A DNA stretch of 10,658 nt from Myxococcota bacterium (lineage in GTDB: Bacteria > Myxococcota > XYA12-FULL-58-9 > JABJBS01): NCBI GenBank assembly GCA_036339465.1, contig JAYZAY010000093.1, positions 1-10,658 of the forward strand. The letters run 5' to 3'. The notes under the pieces were generated by a model that was given only the letters and a program-made list of their open reading frames with translations, had not been told where the DNA came from and searched no databases. Each line of letters begins with the position of its first letter. Within the stretch, counting starts at the first letter, position 1. The position numbers and the translations under genes were made by a program. Below are positions 1 to 7,223 of this stretch, one piece after another.

Positions 1-33
1 CTTCGATTGAAAGGAGGAACACGAAGACCTCGC

Positions 34-1485
34 TTATTTTGGCAGCTCACTGAATTCCCCCCATGAATCAAAAACAAACAATTTCGTTTCGACACACAAC
101 GAGCCCCCCCCTTTTTCACAAATTATATTCCCATAAACGTCAGTCACCTCACACGTAAACTTAATAAGACTTTTATCATGGTCATCCGCAGAAATGGTGG
201 TCTGAGTATCGCCATAGAATAGAGTATTCACGCCGTAGGGACGGCCTGCATTAATCTGAATATCCTTGCCTACGGGGTCAACAATGGCTTCCCCACTGGA
301 AACGTTCTGTTCGCATTTTAGGTTGATGACACCTGCATTTTCTGAATAAGCGAGAAACTGCGTTGTTCCAACTTGCTTCGACACCACATCCCCAGAATCA
401 GCAACAATGATAACCTCCGATTCTAGAATGATGTTTCCAAATTCGTCCTTGGCAATGCAATTAATCAACATATCTTCACCAGCAATGGCAGTTTTGGCCC
501 CACCAACATCCGTTTCTAGAGCCACAACAGATCCCGGATTCACATGATAACTCTCCCATAGAGAAGCCCGCGTCTCGGTACCAACAACGACACATCTAGC
601 ATTGTAATCCCGAGAGGCTTCATGCTGAAAAGAAAAAGACCACTTACCCGTGGTGGGATCTCTTCCCTCAGCCGTCAGAAGCTCGGGACCATAAGGGTAA
701 AACTCAAGCCTAACTTCAATCTCTTCGACTCCGAGGTGTCCTCCGGAAGCACTGCACTGAACATTATTGGATACACCCGCCACCATTACGGCGCTTTCCA
801 GCTCAATAGCGACACTGAAGCTTCGGTCAACAGTAATCGGCATCACCTCCCGAGATTTACCACCTAAAATGTCCTTGGCGATAATCGCCAATTGTGGGTA
901 ACCGTATTCACTTTGGATGTCTTGTATCGCCACAGTCGCTTCGTACAAATCGCTAATATCCTCTCTTGCTCTTAGCCCTTGTTGGACAACGCATAGTCTA
1001 AGAGAACACAGCCAGCGAGATCCCTCACCACAGTCGGCAGCAGTATTACAAGTTCCCCCGGTCAAAACCTCAAGGCTCAAACTGTCCTTATCTAACCCAT
1101 CTTCATCGGTAATCTCCACGCGAACAACGAAGTCGGTAGTATACAACTCATAGGGGGTTTCAGGAGCGAGAAAGGAAATGTCGGGCCCAGTCCCAAGATG
1201 GTTCTGTGTAGGAGGTGAATCTCCTGACTCGTCGACTGTGGGAGACTCCTCCGAACCCTGACTATTGTTGTCTGAGGATGGAGTACCGACATCGGTGCTC
1301 TCACTATCTCCCCACTCGGGAAAATCTTCACCTTCACTTTGTTCATCCGTATTTGTGCAATCCCACCCCTCATAACAACTATCCTGAGTGGATTTATCGC
1401 CTCCCAAACACCCAGCCATAAATCCCATCATTAGGAATAAGCAAAGCAGATGAAGAGTCCTCACAATTTTACGTCGCTTATTCAA
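34..1485 (-). CDS. Putative lipoprotein with Ig-like domains and Cys-rich inserts (483 aa)
   Basis: TTG start with GGAGG 8 nt upstream, overlapping the upstream stop by 8 bp. Basic n-region (NKRRK), hydrophobic h-region and lipobox-like MAG-C26. An acidic Ser/Asp/Glu linker (aa ~44-99) precedes a beta-rich Ig-like domain (aa ~100-220). Then come about 2.5 repeats of AG..V.C...D.(F/Y)GN...C...(V/I).(P/A)G. Confidence 0.8.
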   Translation of the reverse strand: MNKRRKIVRTLHLLCLFLMMGFMAGCLGGDKSTQDSCYEGWDCTNTDEQSEGEDFPEWGDSESTDVGTPSSDNNSQGSEESPTVDESGDSPPTQNHLGTGPDISFLAPETPYELYTTDFVVRVEITDEDGLDKDSLSLEVLTGGTCNTAADCGEGSRWLCSLRLCVVQQGLRAREDISDLYEATVAIQDIQSEYGYPQLAIIAKDILGGKSREVMPITVDRSFSVAIELESAVMVAGVSNNVQCSASGGHLGVEEIEVRLEFYPYGPELLTAEGRDPTTGKWSFSFQHEASRDYNARCVVVGTETRASLWESYHVNPGSVVALETDVGGAKTAIAGEDMLINCIAKDEFGNIILESEVIIVADSGDVVSKQVGTTQFLAYSENAGVINLKCEQNVSSGEAIVDPVGKDIQINAGRPYGVNTLFYGDTQTTISADDHDKSLIKFTCEVTDVYGNIICEKGGGSLCVETKLFVFDSWGEFSELPK

Positions 1486-4400
1486 AGGCCAGTCCTCCCA
1501 TCAAGCGAAGTCCATCGGGAAGTCTCTTCACACTAAAACCATCGAGCTTCAAACGACCATCCACTGGAGCCTCTTCAGTGCCCACTCCCGTCAGAGGAAT
1601 TGTGGGTATGGGAATATTTTGTAGAAATCCACCAAGAACCCGAGGCAAAAGGAGACCCAACGCCTTCTCAAATAGGTCCGAAACCTCGTCTTTGTGCCCT
1701 TCTCCCCCAAATTCCCAAACTTCAACCCATACCTTCGGGGAATCCAAGAATCTCATTTCCAAACCCGAGAAATCGCTGCTGGGTTCAATTATCACGCCTC
1801 CCTTAAAGCTAACCAAGAGTTGAAAAGGAACCGACTCTAAATCCGAATTGTCACAGTCATACGATTGTGAGCTCAAGGCCATCGATGCCGCATGGGAGAG
1901 ATTTAGATTCCCCGACAACATAATATCCCCCCAGCCCAATTCAATGCCCGAAGATTGCTTCCCCGGCATTAGAAGAGGTGGAAGAAGAGACTCAAAATTC
2001 AACGTAATAATATCTTTAAACTCCAAAGGTCGTAGGCAGCCCACATCGGTAGAAGGTGTAAGCTCAACTGAAGATTCTGAACTCGCTTCGCCTGTGGTCG
2101 AAAGTAAACTGCCAAGATTGTCAATTTTGAGGGTACCCTGATGCCATAGTGCCCACAGGGCTTGATTCACCAAATTGTCCATCAACATAACCCCAAAGGG
2201 ATAGACGTTGCTAAAACTTGCCCCTTGAGCTTGCCGATAAATCGAGCCTGGGGCCGAGTTCGGGACGTGTTCTGCCTTGTGACCCGGAGAAATTTGAGCG
2301 TCAAAAGATATATTGAGTCCCGTTGATTCAATCACTTCAAAAGCGCCACCTCTCAAGGCTGTGGCAAGTAGTAACTCACCACTCAAAGGCTCAGGTAATG
2401 CAAAGCTGGTCCCAAATGAAAAACCCGAAAGAAACGTTTTGGATAGTTCAGGCATCAAGTCGGCAATAACATTAATCAACGCTTCCTGAATAGGAGCCTC
2501 CAATGCAGCTTTGACCGACTCAAAAACTCCCTCAAAGAGTTCATTAAAAGTAGGATTATTTTGAAACACCAGATTTAAATCGACGACACTCCATTTAAGA
2601 AGGATAGAAGAAGTCACCAATGAAAGATACGATTCGTATTCACCGGTCAAAATCCCTGCGTCCATAATCTCGTTGGTGTTTAACTCTAATTCCCCCTGAA
2701 AACTTAGCCCCTGAACAATGATGGTGCCATCCACAACTTCAGGAAGTATCGGTTGACCGTCGAACATTAAGCAGGCGTGGGCTTCGACATTGACCTCCAA
2801 TTTCCCCAGGCCAATCCCAAAATGGATTCGGCCATCATCTTCTACGGTAAAACTATCCACCGACACCCCTGTGAGGCTTGCATCCGCCCTAGTCGGATCT
2901 GTAGGGTCCATCTTTACCGCAACAACAGCCCCGGAAAGTCCACTGGTTTCATTGCAGTTTTTAATCTTTGCCTTGTCTTCTGCGGTCACGGGAAACAAGT
3001 CCAACTCGTCCCCTGAAGATTCCTGACCGATTTGCCCTGTAATCAACGTCCCTATATCGGCACCTTGCAACAAATACTGAAGGATCGACGCAATATCATC
3101 AAGCTCCCCAAAGGAATCCGATTCTTTTCTTTTGCCATCATCTAAACCTGGTTGATTCAATCGAACTGACAACCCCTTAGGAATTTCCCCATCTGCTAGG
3201 GGAGAAAGACTATCCGGTTCTAGGCCTGGGGTTAGAATAGACGCACTTCGAAAATCAGCACTTCGCAACAAAGGATAACGGCGGCTGGTTTTGTTACCAC
3301 AAATGTCGGAAGCACTAACAGAAATCAAATTGAAACCCCATCTGGAATCATGGCCCGACACCAAATCCAGACCCCACCCATTCTCGTTTTCGGTTTGGCC
3401 CTGAAGCACTACACTCGACTGCCGAACTTCATCGAGCCACACACTTCCGATTGCACTTTCACCATCTTCAACGCGAACTTTATATCCGATATTGCATCCA
3501 CCGCTTCCGCTCCCACTGGAAGAACACCCACTGCTACCATCGGAAGAACCCTGTCTTACATAAATCCCGGTTCGTCTACCATCGAGGGTCGCTAAATCGG
3601 GTAAATTGCTTGCCTCCAAATCGCCAACAGATTCCAGTAATATATTAGGAGGACTTGAGTCTACAGTAATCAGTTGTTCATAGGGTCCAACATTTTGGGT
3701 CTGGGCATCAAGAGGAATTTCAATCCTAATGGTGTATTCGCCTGGATGCGTAAAATACAAACCCGTATCTGGGTGACCACTCACACCTATGGTTTCATGA
3801 CTAAGGGCGCTCTCGCATGTTGAAGGACCGTTGCCTTGCTTGACACACCATTGATAATCGGGAGCTTCGATGTAATTTGAAAATGAATCGTAAGCAAAAA
3901 CCGTCAGCGGAAGACGCGCTCCTTGCTTATAGCAATCGAAATCCAATAAATCGACTCGCACCGAATCAATTTTCCCGGGTTTAACCTCCAGAATCTCCGG
4001 ACTCTCATCTCCAGCGATCTGGCCCGGTACAAAGCAAAAAACATAGTAAGACCCACTCCGAACAATGCGAATCTCATGGCCACTAACGACAGCGCCGGTA
4101 AAGACAGGGTGTGACCAATCCGCAGCAAGCACCGACACTTCGGTGTCGACATCAGCGATCTCATTATCGAATAGATCCTTAACCCTGCATGTCACCGTAA
4201 CAGGCTCTCCTGCGTGCCGTAGGGATTTGTCGAGACTGGTCACTGTTTGGTACGGTTCACCTGGTTGAACGGTTATCCTTAAAGGTGAAAGGTCGGTAAT
4301 AACCGGCTGGGTCTCATCGACTTGCACTGCAGCCTCAACAAGTTCGCTTACCTTGTATCCAAACCGACAACCGACTAAGAATTCTCCCCTTTGAGTTCCA

Positions 4401-5047
4401 TGAACTTTAAAGAGCCCTCCCGTTTTGGAGGAGAAACGCAATTTTGAACTCAACACTTTTTCGTCGACGCCAACGTCTTCATAAACCTCAAAGTCCAAAT
4501 CGGAATACGTTCCCATTAGTCCCATATTTGAAATTTCATTCCCAAAAACATCGAATCCTAAACAATGGATGTCTACATCAATACCCGCACTGACCATTGT
4601 CTTTTCTATTTTGGTCTCGATGGAATGAAGAGGCGCGGGAACAACGGTTATCTCCAACGGGCTCGGGTCAGCGATGGCCTCTGACTTGATACGACAAGTG
4701 GCAGAATAATTACCCATCTTCTTTGGCGTAAAGGTGGCCACAACACCGTTCTGAACAAAATCCTCTACAGTTGGACTTAATTCTACCAACACCTCTACAT
4801 CTGCGTTTTCCGACTCATTGGATGTGACAACACAAACGACGGTTACAAGGGTTCCTGCCTCAATTTTTTCCTTCTCAGAATAGGTTTCTACACTATAAAC
4901 AACTTCAACGACGCTCTCTTCAGAAGGTTGGTCAGGTACCAATCCCCGAGATCCACAACTCAAAGGACCGATTAACAAAAAGAACGTAAACGCTAGGCTA
5001 AAGCGACGACTCAGGCCGATCCAACGGAGTTGTATTCCATTAACCAT
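1478..5047 (-). CDS. Large putative lipoprotein: tandem Ig-like repeats plus C-terminal BPI/LBP-like (TULIP) lipid-binding region (1189 aa)
   Basis: Long ORF with ATG start and a signal peptide ending PLS-C31-G (non-canonical lipobox). Four Ig-like repeats at aa ~50-465 and a fifth Big-like domain at aa ~466-593. From aa ~623 to the end it has the motifs PKGLSVRLNQPGLD, PFGVMLMDNLVNQALWALWHQG and LLLPRVLGGFLQNIPIP, resembling BPI/LBP. The CDS is certain; the domain call is by eye. Confidence 0.75.
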   Translation of the reverse strand: MVNGIQLRWIGLSRRFSLAFTFFLLIGPLSCGSRGLVPDQPSEESVVEVVYSVETYSEKEKIEAGTLVTVVCVVTSNESENADVEVLVELSPTVEDFVQNGVVATFTPKKMGNYSATCRIKSEAIADPSPLEITVVPAPLHSIETKIEKTMVSAGIDVDIHCLGFDVFGNEISNMGLMGTYSDLDFEVYEDVGVDEKVLSSKLRFSSKTGGLFKVHGTQRGEFLVGCRFGYKVSELVEAAVQVDETQPVITDLSPLRITVQPGEPYQTVTSLDKSLRHAGEPVTVTCRVKDLFDNEIADVDTEVSVLAADWSHPVFTGAVVSGHEIRIVRSGSYYVFCFVPGQIAGDESPEILEVKPGKIDSVRVDLLDFDCYKQGARLPLTVFAYDSFSNYIEAPDYQWCVKQGNGPSTCESALSHETIGVSGHPDTGLYFTHPGEYTIRIEIPLDAQTQNVGPYEQLITVDSSPPNILLESVGDLEASNLPDLATLDGRRTGIYVRQGSSDGSSGCSSSGSGSGGCNIGYKVRVEDGESAIGSVWLDEVRQSSVVLQGQTENENGWGLDLVSGHDSRWGFNLISVSASDICGNKTSRRYPLLRSADFRSASILTPGLEPDSLSPLADGEIPKGLSVRLNQPGLDDGKRKESDSFGELDDIASILQYLLQGADIGTLITGQIGQESSGDELDLFPVTAEDKAKIKNCNETSGLSGAVVAVKMDPTDPTRADASLTGVSVDSFTVEDDGRIHFGIGLGKLEVNVEAHACLMFDGQPILPEVVDGTIIVQGLSFQGELELNTNEIMDAGILTGEYESYLSLVTSSILLKWSVVDLNLVFQNNPTFNELFEGVFESVKAALEAPIQEALINVIADLMPELSKTFLSGFSFGTSFALPEPLSGELLLATALRGGAFEVIESTGLNISFDAQISPGHKAEHVPNSAPGSIYRQAQGASFSNVYPFGVMLMDNLVNQALWALWHQGTLKIDNLGSLLSTTGEASSESSVELTPSTDVGCLRPLEFKDIITLNFESLLPPLLMPGKQSSGIELGWGDIMLSGNLNLSHAASMALSSQSYDCDNSDLESVPFQLLVSFKGGVIIEPSSDFSGLEMRFLDSPKVWVEVWEFGGEGHKDEVSDLFEKALGLLLPRVLGGFLQNIPIPTIPLTGVGTEEAPVDGRLKLDGFSVKRLPDGLRLMGGLAFE
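1494..1498 (-). promoter_or_regulatory. Shine-Dalgarno (GGAGG) for the 483-aa gene, embedded in the 3' end of the upstream gene
   Basis: Minus strand reads TGGGAGGACTGGCCT-TTG; GGAGG lies 8 nt before the TTG at 1485. Confidence 0.7.
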
Positions 5048-5137
5048 ACAAATCTCTTCGTAAATTTCCGTTGTCGCTTTATCGAAAGTTTTTATCAGGA
5101 GTTGTGTCTCTGGACGAAAACACGACCCAGCCCTACA

Positions 5138-5165
5138 ATTCTAACGATAAACCGGCAGCATTTAA
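5138..5165 (-). promoter_or_regulatory. Possible sigma70-type promoter for the 1189-aa gene
   Basis: Minus strand TTAAAT-N16-TAGAAT, downstream of the fadD terminator and ~90 nt before the ATG at 5047. The -10 is good and the -35 is weak. Confidence 0.25.
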
Positions 5166-5199
5166 CAGAAAAGAACGAAGAAAATAATTAGAGAGCTCT

Positions 5200-5232
5200 A
5201 AAAAGATGGGCTGATTGTAGTCAACCAACCCA
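5200..5232 (-). terminator. Probable Rho-independent terminator of the acyl-CoA ligase gene
   Basis: Minus strand TGGGTTGGTTG-ACTA-CAATCAGCCCA-TC-TTTTT forms an 11-bp stem with two G-U pairs (valid only in the minus-strand RNA), a 4-nt loop and a U tract. It begins ~30 nt after the stop codon. Confidence 0.65.
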
Positions 5233-5262
5233 CTCATCCTCACAAAATGAGGAGAAGATGTC

Positions 5263-7041
5263 TCAATCTGCGTACATCGCCTCGATTTCAGCTTCGAAGT
5301 GTTCATGAACAATCTTGCGTTTGACCTTTAGGGTTGGAGTCAATTCTCCATCCTCTACACTTAAAGCACGCTTCAAAACACTGAACTTACGAACATGCTC
5401 AACCCGAGCAAATTTATCATTCACCCCGTCGACACCTCGCTGGATATGAGAAAGCAAGAGTGAATTCGCGTGAGCATCTTCCTCCGAAATATCATTCTCT
5501 TTGGAAAAAATAGACATCGCATCAGGGTCCAAACTTATCAGCGCTGAAATATACTTTCGGCGGTCACCAATCAAAACCGCTTCGCCCACCACATCGATAT
5601 TTTTTAGAGCCGACTCAATATTCTTAGGGGTAATATTCTTACCACCTGCAGTGATAATAATATCCTTTTTGCGGCCTGTAATGGAGAGATAACCATCGGA
5701 ATCAAAACTCCCCAGGTCTCCCGAGTGTAGCCAACCATCAATCAAAGTCTCCCCTGAGGTTACCGGATCTTTGTAATATCCAGAAAAAACATTGGGTCCT
5801 CTGACACAGATCTCACCATCATCCGCAATCTTGACCTCAGCCCCAGGCAACGCGGGACCTACGGTTCCATATTTCGTGCGCCCCGGTAGATTAAATGAAG
5901 TCGGTCCAGAACCTTCCGATTGCCCATAAACTTCATGGACAACAAGATCCAACCCAGCAAAAAATTCAAGAACCTCTTTCGCAATAGGCGCCGCACCACT
6001 TACGCAGACCCTTGCTCGCCCCAACCCTAAAGCTGGCTTCAACTTAGAGAAAATCAGTTTGTCGGCTAAAGCATATTGCAAAACCAATAAGCCACTCGGA
6101 TTCTTACCAGCGTTCCTTAGGTCGGTCACCTGATTTGCAACCCCGCGCGCCCATGCCACCAAGTGAGCTTTCGCCCCTTCAGCCCCCTTTAGCTTGTTAT
6201 TGACACCCGCATAAAGCTTCTCCCAAATCCGTGGCACGCCAAAGAAAACTGTGGGTTGAACTTCCTTCATATTATCTGGAACTTTTTCAATGGATTCCGC
6301 AAAATAAACAGCGGAGCCTGCGGTTATAGGCCCGTGAATTGAAAACATTTGTTCTGCGATATGAGATAGTGGTAAATAAGAGAGAGTACAGTCTTGAGAT
6401 CTCAAGGCTACCAGCCCTTGCGCAATTTGGGAAGTCCACGCGAGATTCTTATGGGTCAGCATAACCCCCTTCGGAGGACCGGTGGTACCCGAAGTATAAA
6501 TGAGTGTTGCGGTCTTAGTTTCGTCGAGCTTTTCCACAAGTAAATCGATTTTGGCGTCGTCGACATCTCCTGCCTTTGCCAAAAATTCATCCCAACTCAT
6601 AACCAGTGGGTCATCGATCTTGGGAGCACCTTGCATCATAACCACGTGCTTCAGCTCGGGAAGGTTATCCCGTTGCTCCTTAACCTTTTCCCACTGCCCT
6701 ACATCTTCCAGAACCACCAAAGGTGCTTCAGCATGAGCAATAATATACTGCACCTCCTCAGCCGAACACGTGGTGTAAATGCCAGCCGGAGCACCACCAA
6801 CAACCATATTCGCGATATCCATAATAACCCATTCAGGTCGATTAAATCCCAGGATACAAATTGTCTGCCCTGGTTTAACTCCCAGCGAGCACAAGGACCT
6901 GGCGGCAGTTTTCACCTCGCGGACGTAATTGCGCCAAGAGGTTGGGCGCCATGTACCGCCTGCACGTACATAATACGCCGGAGAATCGGGCCGAATTTTT
7001 GCCTGCTCCATAAATCTTGCTGGGATAGTATCCGCTGGCAT
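5263..7041 (-). CDS. fadD: Long-chain-fatty-acid--CoA ligase (AMP-dependent synthetase, FadD15/ACSBG-like type)
   Basis: ANL-superfamily motifs: YTSGTTGPPKG (P-loop), SYLPLSHIAE, EVYGQSE, GWLHSGDLG, GRKKDIIITAGGKNITP and ELTPTLKVKR. GGAGG lies 5 nt upstream of the ATG. Confidence 0.93.
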   Translation of the reverse strand: MPADTIPARFMEQAKIRPDSPAYYVRAGGTWRPTSWRNYVREVKTAARSLCSLGVKPGQTICILGFNRPEWVIMDIANMVVGGAPAGIYTTCSAEEVQYIIAHAEAPLVVLEDVGQWEKVKEQRDNLPELKHVVMMQGAPKIDDPLVMSWDEFLAKAGDVDDAKIDLLVEKLDETKTATLIYTSGTTGPPKGVMLTHKNLAWTSQIAQGLVALRSQDCTLSYLPLSHIAEQMFSIHGPITAGSAVYFAESIEKVPDNMKEVQPTVFFGVPRIWEKLYAGVNNKLKGAEGAKAHLVAWARGVANQVTDLRNAGKNPSGLLVLQYALADKLIFSKLKPALGLGRARVCVSGAAPIAKEVLEFFAGLDLVVHEVYGQSEGSGPTSFNLPGRTKYGTVGPALPGAEVKIADDGEICVRGPNVFSGYYKDPVTSGETLIDGWLHSGDLGSFDSDGYLSITGRKKDIIITAGGKNITPKNIESALKNIDVVGEAVLIGDRRKYISALISLDPDAMSIFSKENDISEEDAHANSLLLSHIQRGVDGVNDKFARVEHVRKFSVLKRALSVEDGELTPTLKVKRKIVHEHFEAEIEAMYAD

Positions 7042-7223
7042 CCTCGCCTCCCTTGGAATTGCCTCAATTAAAGCCTTACGAGACTATGTAGCCACAACCC
7101 AAGGCTGGTTGCAAGTCAACTAACGCACTGCGCACCACAATTGTTTTTCCCTAAGAGATTGCAACTGCTCATTTTTTTCACAAAACTCTTTACATAGGGC
7201 CAAAGATTTCGGACCCTTTATAT
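7042..7223. promoter_or_regulatory. Divergent intergenic region expected to hold promoters for fadD and the plus-strand genes
   Basis: 182 bp between head-to-head start codons, with T/A tracts. No well-spaced consensus -35/-10 pair was identified. Confidence 0.45.
7047..7051 (-). promoter_or_regulatory. Shine-Dalgarno for fadD
   Basis: Minus strand AAGGGAGGCGAGG-ATG. Confidence 0.75.

Noticed and set aside
5263..7041. NRPS adenylation domain or fatty acyl-AMP ligase of a biosynthetic cluster
   Set aside because: The motifs (RKKDIIITAGGKNI.P, ELTPTLKVKR) fit stand-alone long-chain acyl-CoA synthetases, and no carrier protein, PKS or NRPS gene is nearby.
6631..7071. 146-aa plus-strand ORF and the other short ORFs in the track
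   Set aside because: They are antisense or out-of-frame overlaps of well-supported long genes and have no recognisable motifs.
7109..7164. Two TTGCAA palindromes 50 bp apart as sigma54 -12 elements
   Set aside because: There is no GG at the -24 position on either strand for either copy, and 6-mers alone are too short to call an operator.
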